From: an uncultured Candidatus Saccharibacteria bacterium
GTDB lineage: Bacteria > Patescibacteriota > WWE3 > CAZQFB01
Assembly (NCBI GenBank): GCA_964592525.1
Contig: CAZQFB010000001.1
Coordinates: 279,299-343,298 of the forward strand
Length of the DNA stretch: 64,000 nucleotides
Direction: 5' to 3'
This document shows, one piece after another, positions 1-9,612 of the stretch. A program made the translations under genes and the position numbers. The notes beneath the pieces were generated by a model. It was given only the letters and a program-made list of their open reading frames with translations. It ran no database searches and was not told where the DNA came from. Position 1 is the first letter of the stretch. Every line of letters starts with the position of its first letter.

Positions 1-127
1 AGTTAAAGGATCACGTGCGCTCAAAATGGAGGAGCTTCTCCCCTAGCCCACCCATATATTGTGCGAAGTATATTAAATGGAAATACAATAATAGTGTTAA
101 TAATTAAGGAGAAGGGAAATTAATAAA

Positions 128-883
128 ATGATAGATAGTAGTGTATTAAAACAGTGTGCTGATGAATATGTTGATTTTCGTATTGATAATCGCAAGATTA
201 CTATTCCTTATTCAATCGTAAGATCCAGGTTCCAGTTATGGAACACTTTGGGTAAGCCTACTGTAGAACAAATAAAAAACAACCTAAATATAGTCGCACA
301 ACGGGAGGGGGCGGTTTTGGAGTTGATGTCAGCGCAGGAAATTACTGGCTTTATGAAAAAACATAAGCTTGGTATTGAGTGTTCGGGGTATGCCTATCAC
401 CTGTTGGATAAAGCTTTACAAAAAAGCTTATCAGCCTTAAAAGAGAAACAGCAGAAAAGGGCTCTTAAGCACTGCTTTTATCGTCAGGGCCTAACAGGTT
501 TGTGGGATCGTCTGTTTTATCTAGTTAATCCTGTCAGAAGAGTTTCGGCAGATAAAATGACAAATGATGACTTCACCTCGCCAATATCTAGAGTGAAAGA
601 TGTAAGACCAGGGGATCTTATCAGGCTGACTCCTGAAAAATGGCGGGGTAAGCATGTGGCAGTTGTGATTGCGGTGAATGATAGTAATATTATCTATACA
701 CACTCCAGTCGCTATACAGAACAAGAAGGACCACATTACGCGCAGATTATGATTAAAGATAAAGAAAAAGGGATCGGCGCTCAAGATTGGCAAGAACTGA
801 CCAAGGATGGTAGTAATTATGGAGAAGTGGCTTGTCTTAGTGAAAATGGTGATGGGGTGAGGAGACTTAAATGTCTTTCTTAA
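128..883 (+). CDS. hypothetical protein; possible NlpC/P60-like cysteine peptidase fold (Cys in ECSGYAYH, later PGDLI and KHVAVVIAVND..IIYTHS His pair); no signal peptide
   Basis: ATG at 128 preceded by aggagaaggg; motif order C...PGDL...H...H resembles NlpC/P60; the 3' end overlaps mraY start. Confidence 0.45.
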   Translation: MIDSSVLKQCADEYVDFRIDNRKITIPYSIVRSRFQLWNTLGKPTVEQIKNNLNIVAQREGAVLELMSAQEITGFMKKHKLGIECSGYAYHLLDKALQKSLSALKEKQQKRALKHCFYRQGLTGLWDRLFYLVNPVRRVSADKMTNDDFTSPISRVKDVRPGDLIRLTPEKWRGKHVAVVIAVNDSNIIYTHSSRYTEQEGPHYAQIMIKDKEKGIGAQDWQELTKDGSNYGEVACLSENGDGVRRLKCLS

Positions 884-1863
884 GTAGTACTTTATTATTA
901 ATTATTATTTCGGCAGTTGTCACTGGTGCTTGGGCTCCTTGGCTCATAGATAAGTTATACGGGGCTGGTTTAAGGCGTAAGTTGGAGAAACACAAACCAA
1001 TTTTTAGGTATCTACAAAAAGAGAAAACCGGAGTACCGTCTATGGGAGGGTTGTTGGTCATTGTGTCTGTGAGTGTGTTGACCTTGCTATACGGGCTATT
1101 GATAGTGCCCCTTACTCCCTCTATTTGGGTTCTTCTTATTACTATGTGGTTATTTGCTTTTTTAGGTGGGATAGACGATATGAAGAAGCTTTGGTTTGTG
1201 GTGGCTAACTTTTGGGGTTTGAGACGTAGGCATATCCTGCTTGTCCAATTTACTTTGGCATTGGGGCTTGGTTACCTACTTTATACCTGGCTTGGTTTGA
1301 GCACTATTACCATCCCCGTATCAGGCACACCTCTAGAGCTTAACAATCTTTATATACTATATGCGGCAATCTTGATAGTAGCTACCAGTAATTCTTTTAA
1401 TATCACTGATGGCATTGATGGGTTATCAGCGGGTCTGTTGATAATAGCTTTATTGGCGATGTTGATTATTTCAATTTCCTTTGGTTTTGTTGATCTGACT
1501 TGGTTTAGTGCTATTTGGGTTGGGTCTCTTTTGGTGTATCTCTATTTTAATATTACCCCAGCCCGTTTTATGATGGGGGATATTGGGGCGCAGCCTTTTG
1601 GGGCGATGTTGGCCACCTTGTCCCTAATCATGGACCAATCTTTAGTGATGCTTGTGCTTGGGGGGATGTTTTTTGTGGAATCTGGTTCCTCTTTTGCGCA
1701 AATTGTGTCCCGTAATATCCGCAATGGTAAAAAGATCCTCACTATTGCTCCTTTGCACTACCATTTTCAGGTGAAAAGATGGAGTGAAGGTAAAATATGT
1801 ATGCGCTTTTGGTTAGCTGGGGTCTTTTTCGCTTTGTGCGGTTTAATGTTAGCTTTTTGGTAG
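871..1863 (+). CDS. mraY: phospho-N-acetylmuramoyl-pentapeptide transferase MraY
   Basis: polytopic membrane protein with NSFNITDGIDGLSAG motif typical of MraY/WecA; position at head of fts cluster. Confidence 0.85.
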   Translation: MSFLSSTLLLIIISAVVTGAWAPWLIDKLYGAGLRRKLEKHKPIFRYLQKEKTGVPSMGGLLVIVSVSVLTLLYGLLIVPLTPSIWVLLITMWLFAFLGGIDDMKKLWFVVANFWGLRRRHILLVQFTLALGLGYLLYTWLGLSTITIPVSGTPLELNNLYILYAAILIVATSNSFNITDGIDGLSAGLLIIALLAMLIISISFGFVDLTWFSAIWVGSLLVYLYFNITPARFMMGDIGAQPFGAMLATLSLIMDQSLVMLVLGGMFFVESGSSFAQIVSRNIRNGKKILTIAPLHYHFQVKRWSEGKICMRFWLAGVFFALCGLMLAFW

Positions 1864-1982
1864 GGTTTTTAATTTATCAAAAAACATCTTCTTGTTGATA
1901 AGTGTCGCTAATTACTCATTCACTAGAGCGGAAACTCATGGAAATTGTCTGTCAGTAGTGGTTGTGTGAAGCACTCACCTAG

Positions 1983-2591
1983 CTATTCACTTGATATCAT
2001 TGTGCTAAGCATAGAATTGATTTCAGGTATTAATTCAGGGCTAAGGATTTTAGCTGAAATATAAGGAGCGTCTTCATAACCATAGGCTCTAAATTGAAAT
2101 ATATACTTATTAACCCCACTTTGCCGATTACGCGATACAAAAATGGGCGTGGTATAGGCATTGTTACCTATTCTGACCTCGAAGGTCCCATAATCAACAC
2201 AAGGAGGTTCACCACCACAAATATCAATCTCGCCACTTAAAGCATAGGGACTGCCGATGAATAAGGCTGACTCGTTATCGTCTTTGAAAGTAAATACTTT
2301 GGTAGTTTGCCCGGCGATACTTTTCTGGGTACTTTTCCAATTTTCACGCTTGGCTTGTTCATTAATCACTAACTTTGGTTGGGTCTTTGTAGCGGGAGTT
2401 TCCTGGGGGGAGTCTTCAGACCACCAAGTTAACTGCTGTTTTTCGTTTAAAGCTAAACCCACTAAAATGATGGTAAAAGTTGAAAACAAAGCAATGCCTA
2501 AACTGGCTTGGAGCTTAACTTTACTTTGGGGTGAAATAACAACTTTTTGGCGTTTACCTTTTTTAGCAATTTTCTTTTTAGGGGCAGGCAT
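1983..2591 (-). CDS. hypothetical membrane-anchored protein (basic N-terminus, one TM, extracytoplasmic domain)
   Basis: ATG at 2591; KKKIAKKGKRQK N-terminus followed by hydrophobic segment; no recognisable family. Confidence 0.45.
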   Translation of the reverse strand: MPAPKKKIAKKGKRQKVVISPQSKVKLQASLGIALFSTFTIILVGLALNEKQQLTWWSEDSPQETPATKTQPKLVINEQAKRENWKSTQKSIAGQTTKVFTFKDDNESALFIGSPYALSGEIDICGGEPPCVDYGTFEVRIGNNAYTTPIFVSRNRQSGVNKYIFQFRAYGYEDAPYISAKILSPELIPEINSMLSTMISSE

Positions 2592-2688
2592 AGCTTAATT
2601 ATCAATTATCCGTGAGTAATTTTCAAGTGAGCAGTATCGGTTATAGCTACAAGTTTAAAAGACAGCGGGATCTAAATTTGTTAAAGCC

Positions 2689-2907
2689 CTATTTAGCTTC
2701 TTCAAGCATTTCAAACTGCAATGGCACTTCACTAACCACTTCTAGTTCTGCGGCACAGTGGTTACAAATAACCGTACTGCCAACAGTTTGGGGCAGAGCT
2801 TGACCATCATCCGTAGTCATGACCACAAGATTATGACAGGCTGGGCAAAGACCTTCTACTGATTGAATCTTGTCTTTTTGTGGGTTATTAAAAAATCTTT
2901 CTAGCAT
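2689..2907 (-). CDS. small zinc-ribbon protein resembling LysW/ArgW amino-group carrier proteins (CPAC...CNHCAAELEVVSEVPLQFE), C-terminus ...EMLEEAK
   Basis: CxxC...CxxC plus AELEVV..PL..E block matches remembered LysW signature; AAAGGAA RBS-like sequence upstream of ATG 2907; divergent from PLP/ATP-grasp genes. Confidence 0.45.
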   Translation of the reverse strand: MLERFFNNPQKDKIQSVEGLCPACHNLVVMTTDDGQALPQTVGSTVICNHCAAELEVVSEVPLQFEMLEEAK

Positions 2908-2955
2908 TTATTGTTCCTTTCTGGTGCTATACTTAAGCCACTTTAACCATACACC

Positions 2956-3915
2956 ATGGCAGAGTTTACAGCAACAATTGATCCGTCCCAAAAATTTATC
3001 TGGCGCTATTCGGCTTTGTATCCCGAGAAAGTTCCCACGCTAAAGTACCATCTGTCTTCTGATCTAACCCCGCTCATTAATATTGATGACCTTTGGTTTA
3101 AAAGAGAGGATACTTTGCTTGTAGGTTCGGTTAAGGAGAGGGGAATTGCCTATCAGCTTGCTGATGCGGCGACGCTTGGCGAAAAAGAGTTGGTGATCTC
3201 TTCTTCTGGTAATGCTGCCTTGGCTGCTGCTGCCTATTGTGATTTATATAATATTAAACTCACCGTTTTTATTTCTGCGCAGACGATGCCACAAAAAAAA
3301 GAATCCCTTCTCGCCTCTGCAGCAAAAGTTATTATCACTCCTAAGCCATTGGCACATTCTCTTCGGTATGCGCAGGAAAATAAAATTAGACATTTAAGAC
3401 AATCTAGAGATGAGAAAGCAGTTTGGGGATGTATGTCACTTGGTTTTGAGCTTTTTGAGCAACTGGGTCAAAAATTAACGCAAGCAGACATTTTCCTTCC
3501 AGTTAGTAGTGCAACAACTTTAGTTGGTCTTGGTCGGGCGTTACAACTATTGGTGCAGCACTCTTTTATGGCGCAACTGCCTCGTTTACATGCTACTCAA
3601 ACTGTGGCTATTAATCCTATAGCGAGAGCGTTTGTGGCTATTCCAAACCAACCAACCTCGGGGTTGGGTTTAGCGTCGGCATTATGTGCTCCCCAAACAC
3701 CTAGAAAGAATGAGGCTGTTTCTTTAATAAAACAGAGTCAGGGTAATGGTTGGATAATCACCGAAGCAGAAATAGCGCAAACCCAACAGTATCTAATCGC
3801 CAACGATTTAAATACTTCGGCGGAAGGAGCGGTGGCTTGTGCGGCAGCGTTGAAGCAAGTTTATCCTTTACCGATTGTTGTTTTAACGGGCAAAAATTAT
3901 GCAAAAAATAACTGA
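2956..3915 (+). CDS. PLP-dependent enzyme, fold type II (tryptophan-synthase-beta / threonine-synthase / Cys-synthase / Ser-racemase superfamily)
   Basis: PLP-lysine motif VGSVKERG and glycine loop SSSGNAALAAAAY; ATG at 2956. Confidence 0.6.
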   Translation: MAEFTATIDPSQKFIWRYSALYPEKVPTLKYHLSSDLTPLINIDDLWFKREDTLLVGSVKERGIAYQLADAATLGEKELVISSSGNAALAAAAYCDLYNIKLTVFISAQTMPQKKESLLASAAKVIITPKPLAHSLRYAQENKIRHLRQSRDEKAVWGCMSLGFELFEQLGQKLTQADIFLPVSSATTLVGLGRALQLLVQHSFMAQLPRLHATQTVAINPIARAFVAIPNQPTSGLGLASALCAPQTPRKNEAVSLIKQSQGNGWIITEAEIAQTQQYLIANDLNTSAEGAVACAAALKQVYPLPIVVLTGKNYAKNN

Positions 3916-5149
3916 AACCATCTTTTTTATTACCCCCGACCCTCAATATGCTTTAGGGCTTTCGCTGCTGTGTGAAAATTTACATGTGATTTGTAATGCC
4001 AACAGCGCTGTCACTACCCAACTTAAGGCTGCTGGGGTGGGTGTTTTTATTTCTCCCCACTATAAAAAAAGCGCGCGACATTTACTTAGTGATGAGTTGG
4101 TTCTAAACTATATTTCAGCAGCTACGGTTGATGTGGCCCACCTTTTGTTTTTCAAGCTTAATTTTGATGTGACCTCTCTGTTGCATCGTCTACAACCAAA
4201 GTTTAAATGGCGTTTACTTAATGCCCCTTGCTCTATCACCACTAATTTAGAAAATAAAATTTGGCTGACCCAGTGGGCGCCTGCGGCTTTGTTGCTGCCT
4301 TGCGAAGTGGCTCTGTTTAAAGATTTAGCGCTGGATAAGCTACTTGCTTTATGGGGTGGGGTAGTGTTGCAGTTTCCAACAGGTAATGCTGGGCGAAACA
4401 CCTTTTTTATTAGGGATAAGGATGATTTTCTCAAGGTTATACCTCCAGGATTGCCTAAAACAACTATCGTGAAAGGCACCCCGTGGCTTCAGGGGTTGTC
4501 TGTGACTATCAATGGATGTGTGCTTAATGATGCTGTGCTGCTTAGTGAGCCCTTTATTCAACTGACTGGGATTCCAGCGCTAACTCCTTATCAAGGAGGT
4601 ACTTGTGGTAGTGTGTGGCAGTCTTTGCTAGCTCGAGAGGAAATATTACACGCCGCTAAAATAACCGCAGAGAATTTAAGGCAGCAGCGTTTTCGGGGTT
4701 TTTTTGGTCTTGATTTTATACAAACCAGGGCTGGTCTGATCTATTTATTAGAATGTAATCCGCGTTTGACGACTACGGTGTCTATCTTTAGCCAACTGGA
4801 ACTTCTAGCCAATTCTGTGCCCTTGTTTTATTTTCATTTGGGGCAGTTTTTAGGCAAAGAAATGTCAGTGAAAGGTTATCAGGCTCCTTTATTAAAGGGA
4901 TCACAACTAGTGGTTAGGAATACTAAGCTTAGTCCGGTGCGCGTTATCAAAGCGCAACCAGTCTCCAACCCAGTACTGCTTATGGATGCTGCCGAGGTTA
5001 AGATAGAGAGAGGTTTTCCAGAAATAGCTCCCGGTACAGAAATGTTTCGCTGGCAAAGTCGAGAACCCTATGAATATGTTAACCCTGATTATACGCTGCA
5101 AGGAAAGACGAAAACTCGGTTGTTAGAGGAGTTAGAAAAATATCAATGA
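3899..5149 (+). CDS. ATP-grasp family carboxylate-amine ligase (RimK/LysX/Ddl-like fold), function unassigned
   Basis: C-terminal ATP-grasp signature RGFFGLDFIQTRAGLIYLLECNPR; start overlaps upstream PLP gene by 17 nt, stop overlaps ftsW start (ATGA). Confidence 0.6.
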   Translation: MQKITETIFFITPDPQYALGLSLLCENLHVICNANSAVTTQLKAAGVGVFISPHYKKSARHLLSDELVLNYISAATVDVAHLLFFKLNFDVTSLLHRLQPKFKWRLLNAPCSITTNLENKIWLTQWAPAALLLPCEVALFKDLALDKLLALWGGVVLQFPTGNAGRNTFFIRDKDDFLKVIPPGLPKTTIVKGTPWLQGLSVTINGCVLNDAVLLSEPFIQLTGIPALTPYQGGTCGSVWQSLLAREEILHAAKITAENLRQQRFRGFFGLDFIQTRAGLIYLLECNPRLTTTVSIFSQLELLANSVPLFYFHLGQFLGKEMSVKGYQAPLLKGSQLVVRNTKLSPVRVIKAQPVSNPVLLMDAAEVKIERGFPEIAPGTEMFRWQSREPYEYVNPDYTLQGKTKTRLLEELEKYQ

Positions 5150-6282
5150 AACGTTATTCTTCCCAAGAACCTGCCCTAAAACCAGATTTACTCCTGCTTG
5201 GTACGCTGATTATATTGTTACTGGTTGGTATTGTGATGGTTTATGATGCGACGGTGGTATACTCTTTTAATGAGTTTGGGGGTAAGTTTCACTTTCTGTT
5301 GTTGCAGAGTGGTTGGGTTACTGTTGGGTTGGTGGCCATGTTTATGGCGTACCTTTTTGACTATCACTTGTACCCTAAATTTGCGCTTCCTTTGATGCTT
5401 GGTACTTTGTTTTTGCTGTTATTAGTTTTTGTGCCTGGTTTGGGTGTTGAGCTTAAGGGTGCCCATAGATGGATTGGTCTTGGTTCAATTACCGTACAAC
5501 CTGGTGAAATCGCCAAATTATCGTTAGTTATTTATCTTGCTTCTTGGTTATCAGCTGACCGTATCCAGAAGAAAAATTTAATGCCCCAGACTTCCCACCA
5601 GATCACTGCTTTCCTAGCGTTAATGTCTTTGTTGATGTTTCTTATATTAAAGCAACCCAATTTTTCTATGGCAGTTATTTTAGGCGGTATCGGTGTGATT
5701 ATGTATTTTATTTCTGGGGCTCCTAAAAATCACATTGTGGCACTATTCGGCGTTTTTACTATTGTCGGTTTGCTCTTTATTATCACCTCGTCCTATCGCA
5801 TGGACAGATTAATTACTTATTTAAAACCAGGTGAGGTTGATCTTTTAGATTCTGGTTATCATATTTCTCAAGTAAAAATAGCGCTGGGTTCTGGAGGTAT
5901 CTTTGGTAAAGGACTCGGGCAATCAAGGCAAAAGTATGAGTATTTACCTGAAGTTCATGCTGATTCTATTTTTGCTATCGTTGGTGAGGAATTGGGTTTT
6001 ATGGGTACAACATTATTAATTGCCGCGTTTGTGTTTTTTATTATTAGAGGCTTATTAATTTCGGCGCGCGCTCCAGATATGCTTGGTAAACTTTTGGCGG
6101 TGGGGATTACTTCTTGGTTTATGTTACAAATATTTGTTAATCTGTCAGCGATGGTTGGGCTAGTGCCATTAACAGGCGTGACCTTACCTTTTATAAGTTG
6201 CGGTGGTTCTGCTACCGTAGTGACCTTGACCGCTACTGGTGTATTACTCAATGTATCAAGATATTCATGGACAGTAAGCTAA
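5146..6282 (+). CDS. ftsW: SEDS-family cell division protein FtsW (lipid II flippase/peptidoglycan polymerase)
   Basis: 10-TM SEDS protein with conserved FtsW/RodA blocks; immediately upstream of murG. Confidence 0.8.
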   Translation: MKRYSSQEPALKPDLLLLGTLIILLLVGIVMVYDATVVYSFNEFGGKFHFLLLQSGWVTVGLVAMFMAYLFDYHLYPKFALPLMLGTLFLLLLVFVPGLGVELKGAHRWIGLGSITVQPGEIAKLSLVIYLASWLSADRIQKKNLMPQTSHQITAFLALMSLLMFLILKQPNFSMAVILGGIGVIMYFISGAPKNHIVALFGVFTIVGLLFIITSSYRMDRLITYLKPGEVDLLDSGYHISQVKIALGSGGIFGKGLGQSRQKYEYLPEVHADSIFAIVGEELGFMGTTLLIAAFVFFIIRGLLISARAPDMLGKLLAVGITSWFMLQIFVNLSAMVGLVPLTGVTLPFISCGGSATVVTLTATGVLLNVSRYSWTVS

Positions 6283-7421
6283 TTGTCATTACCGGAGGTC
6301 ATCATACGCCAGCCTTTGCGGTGGTGGCTGAAATAACTAAGCACTACCCCGATATCCAAGTTCTTTGGTTAGGGCATAAATACTCTCTGCAAGGCGCCAA
6401 AAAAGTGAGTGCTGAATATCTGGAAGTTCTTGCGCGGGGTTATCTTTTTGTCAATCTTCGCGCCGGCAAATTTTTCCGAGTCTTTAATCCCTTCCGTTTA
6501 TTACTTATTCCGGCGGGTTTCTGCCACTCCCTGTACTTGTTGCTTAAATACCGACCCTGTTTGGTTATTTCTTTCGGGGGTTATTTAGCGGTGCCGGTGG
6601 TAGTGGCGGCGTGGCTTCTTCGTCTGCCCATCGTGACACATGAACAAACGACCACGATAGGTATAGCTAATAGGGTAGTGTCTCGTTTTAGCCAAATAAC
6701 CTTTTTGGCTTGGAGAGAATCACAGAAATATTTGGGTAAAAAAAATGGGGTGGTGGTTGGTAATCCGGTCCGCGAACAAATATTTATTAGTACCACCACA
6801 CTTAAGCAGCAATTTACTAGTGGTTTTCAAGCAGGATTACCAATAGTGTATATCACTGGTGGCAAACAAGGTTCCCATAAAATTAATTTGGCGGTGGCAG
6901 AATGCTTGAGCGAACTGGTTACTCGTTACAACGTGTTACATCAATGTGGAAATTATGATAAGTATGCTGACTTTGCCTCTTTAAGCAAACGTCGTCAAGA
7001 GCTTCCAACACAACTTAGACAGAGATATTACCTACAGGAATATTTTCCCGAAGAACAAATTGGGACGGTTTATTCCCTAGCCGAGATAGTTGTTTCTCGA
7101 GCAGGTGCTAATACTGTGTATGAGTTAGCGTTATTAGGTAAGGTGGCTCTTTTTATTCCTTTACCGTATGTGCCTAATAATGAACAGTATCAAAATGCGC
7201 TGGTTCTCAAAACGTTAGGAAGCGCTCACATTCTAGATAATCAGGATTTATCGGGTCGTCAATTATTATTATCTTTAAGAGAGTTAGAACGTGATTACCC
7301 AATGATGAAACAACAAGCAGACAAGCATATTGGCGAATTTAAACGTGATAGTGCTGCCCAAATAGTACAAGAATTGGCGCATAAATTTCCGAAGGTGTTC
7401 CCCAGTGAAAATAATGCATAA
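6267..7421 (+). CDS. murG: UDP-GlcNAc:lipid I N-acetylglucosaminyltransferase MurG
   Basis: N-terminal ITGGHHTPAFAV and C-terminal ITGGKQGSHKIN motifs (GT28); the ORF track's 6198 start is a TTG, the first in-frame ATG is 6267. Confidence 0.8.
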   Translation: MDSKLIVITGGHHTPAFAVVAEITKHYPDIQVLWLGHKYSLQGAKKVSAEYLEVLARGYLFVNLRAGKFFRVFNPFRLLLIPAGFCHSLYLLLKYRPCLVISFGGYLAVPVVVAAWLLRLPIVTHEQTTTIGIANRVVSRFSQITFLAWRESQKYLGKKNGVVVGNPVREQIFISTTTLKQQFTSGFQAGLPIVYITGGKQGSHKINLAVAECLSELVTRYNVLHQCGNYDKYADFASLSKRRQELPTQLRQRYYLQEYFPEEQIGTVYSLAEIVVSRAGANTVYELALLGKVALFIPLPYVPNNEQYQNALVLKTLGSAHILDNQDLSGRQLLLSLRELERDYPMMKQQADKHIGEFKRDSAAQIVQELAHKFPKVFPSENNA

Positions 7422-8229
7422 GCTAATAAAATACTTTGCTTGGAAGACTAATCAGTGGCGTCGGCGATTGTTCTTCCGTTTTTCAACAAAACCAAGCGCC
7501 TTAACAGATCATTATCACCCCAGTTTAATTACGCGCCTCCGGCGCTTTCAGAATATAAAAGCGGTAATTTTGTTAAGCCTTTTATTTTTAGGGGGTTACA
7601 TGTTAAATCAATTATTAGTGATCAACTCTATTGATTTGCAGGTTACTAATCCCGAAAAAATTCGGGTTGCACAGCTGCACAGTGAATTAAATCAGACTTA
7701 TTATGGTAAACCGCTATGGTTAATTGATCCCCAAACAATTAGTCGGGTGATTGGGCAAAATCATCCGCAAGTCTTGGGTGTGCGTGTGAGTAGTCAATAT
7801 CCTAACAAAGTAATCATTGCTGTTTCGGGGCGAAGTCCAATCTTACAATTAAAGGTGCTTGATAGTGAGGCAACGTTTTTAGTTGATGTTCAAGGATTGG
7901 TTTTAGCCCAAGAACAGCAGACCAACTTACCTGCTGTTAGTGTTTTGGGTGTGTTGCAGGTTGGTCAAATCATCAAGAATGAAGAGCTTTTATTTTTGCT
8001 TGGCTTACTGGACCAATTAAAAGGCACCTATGTTTTAGGAGAAATCACTTTTATTTCACCAACCAGTCTGCGTATGCAAGTGGACGGGATAAGTGTTTTA
8101 TATACCACTACTTTAAGTGCTGATTTGCAATGTCAACGCTTAAAAACCGTTCTTGAACATTACCACTTGAGAAATGTTACACTGAACACTATAGATTTGC
8201 GGTTCAACCGTCCTGTAGTATCTTTCTAG
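7405..8229 (+). CDS. ftsQ: cell division protein FtsQ/DivIB-like (TM + POTRA domain)
   Basis: single N-terminal TM then POTRA-like region; position between murG and ftsA; start is GTG 7405 or ATG 7414. Confidence 0.55.
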   Translation: MKIMHKLIKYFAWKTNQWRRRLFFRFSTKPSALTDHYHPSLITRLRRFQNIKAVILLSLLFLGGYMLNQLLVINSIDLQVTNPEKIRVAQLHSELNQTYYGKPLWLIDPQTISRVIGQNHPQVLGVRVSSQYPNKVIIAVSGRSPILQLKVLDSEATFLVDVQGLVLAQEQQTNLPAVSVLGVLQVGQIIKNEELLFLLGLLDQLKGTYVLGEITFISPTSLRMQVDGISVLYTTTLSADLQCQRLKTVLEHYHLRNVTLNTIDLRFNRPVVSF

Positions 8230-8278
8230 CCTGATGGAGTCGTTGCTGCTAAGATAGTGGGGTGCTAAACTAACAATA

Positions 8279-9565
8279 ATGTCAAGAGAAAGAATTATAA
8301 CTGGTATTGATATAGGCTCTTCCAAGATTACTACGGTTATAGCTAGTCAGGGAGAAGAAAAAAGGCTATCAGTGATTGGCGTAAGTACGGTCCCCTCAAG
8401 AGGTATAAAAAAGGGTGTCGTGGTAGATATTGATGATGCTGTGGAGTCTATTGCTAGTTGTTTAGAAGGGGCGGAACGAATGGCCGGTTATGCCGTTAGC
8501 AGCGCTTTTGTCAGTCTTGACGGTAATCATATTGCCTCGCAAAATTCACATGGGGTGGTTGCAGTTCATGATCAAGAAGGAGAAATTACCCCCAATGATG
8601 TCAGTAGAGTGACAGAAGCAGCTCGTGCTATTTCCCTTCCGGAGAGTCGAGAAATATTACACGTTATTCCACGAGGCTTTATCGTTGATTCTCAAGAAGG
8701 GGTTAAAGATCCAGTAGGTATGAGTGGTATTAGGTTGGAAGTTGAAACCAATATTATTTCCGGGGCATCGGCGGTCATGCGTAATCTAGCTAAATGTGTG
8801 CAACAAGTGGCAGTTGATGTGGATAGTTTTGTCTATGCGGGTATCGCATCAGCCGAGGCAACGCTATCGGACACCGAAAAAGAACTTGGTTGTGCTTTAG
8901 TTGATATTGGTGGGGGTACCACCAAAATTGTGGTTTATGTTGCTGGTTCACCGGCTTACTCGGCAGTGATACCCGTTGGTGGTCAAAACATTACTAATGA
9001 TATTGCCATTGGTCTGCGGACCAATCTAGAAGCTGCTGAAAAAATAAAAATCCGCTTGAGCGAGCTGAAGGAATATACTTATTTAGAAGAAGAGGAAGAT
9101 AGGGAAAATGATAATCCCAAAGCGGCACGCAAAAGTAGAACCCGCCAAATTGATCTAAGAGAATTGGGTTTAGATTTGGCAGCCATACCCGAATCTATTT
9201 TTTATGAAGTAATTAATCCCAGGTTAGCAGAAATATTTAAATTAGTTGGTACGGAATTGCGAAAAAGTGGCTATAGCAAAATGCTCCCATCTGGTATTAT
9301 AGTAACTGGTGGCACTGCTGAAACAGTTGGTTTAGAAGATATGGCTAAAGTAACACTACAGATGCCCTTTCGTGTTGGTAGACCAAGTGGGTTCCATGGC
9401 TTGGTAGATGAAATTCAAGGACCAGCTTTTGCGACGGTGTCTGGGTTAATTTTATACAGTGCTAATGAAATTTCCTCGCCCCGCTCTTTTGGACGGGTTT
9501 CCACTGGCGGCGCTTCAGAGTTAATGAAGAAAGCCACTGGTTGGTTTAAGTCCTTTATGCCCTAG
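8279..9565 (+). CDS. ftsA: cell division protein FtsA
   Basis: actin-fold ATPase, N-terminus [23 protein letters not shown] motif; precedes ftsZ. Confidence 0.9.
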   Translation: MSRERIITGIDIGSSKITTVIASQGEEKRLSVIGVSTVPSRGIKKGVVVDIDDAVESIASCLEGAERMAGYAVSSAFVSLDGNHIASQNSHGVVAVHDQEGEITPNDVSRVTEAARAISLPESREILHVIPRGFIVDSQEGVKDPVGMSGIRLEVETNIISGASAVMRNLAKCVQQVAVDVDSFVYAGIASAEATLSDTEKELGCALVDIGGGTTKIVVYVAGSPAYSAVIPVGGQNITNDIAIGLRTNLEAAEKIKIRLSELKEYTYLEEEEDRENDNPKAARKSRTRQIDLRELGLDLAAIPESIFYEVINPRLAEIFKLVGTELRKSGYSKMLPSGIIVTGGTAETVGLEDMAKVTLQMPFRVGRPSGFHGLVDEIQGPAFATVSGLILYSANEISSPRSFGRVSTGGASELMKKATGWFKSFMP

Positions 9566-9612
9566 AGTGTTCGTGTTATTATTTTCAGAAATCTGCCCAT
9601 GAGGCAATAATT

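Noticed and set aside
3899-5149. Calling the ATP-grasp a canonical D-Ala-D-Ala ligase (ddl)
   Set aside because: The N-terminal half lacks the Ddl N-domain signatures I remember, and only the generic ATP-grasp C-terminal motif is evident. Kept as an unassigned ATP-grasp, with Ddl-like as one hypothesis.
6198-6266. Extended N-terminus of murG as given by the ORF track
   Set aside because: The 6198 codon is TTG and lies inside ftsW. The in-frame ATG at 6267 gives the canonical MurG N-terminus.
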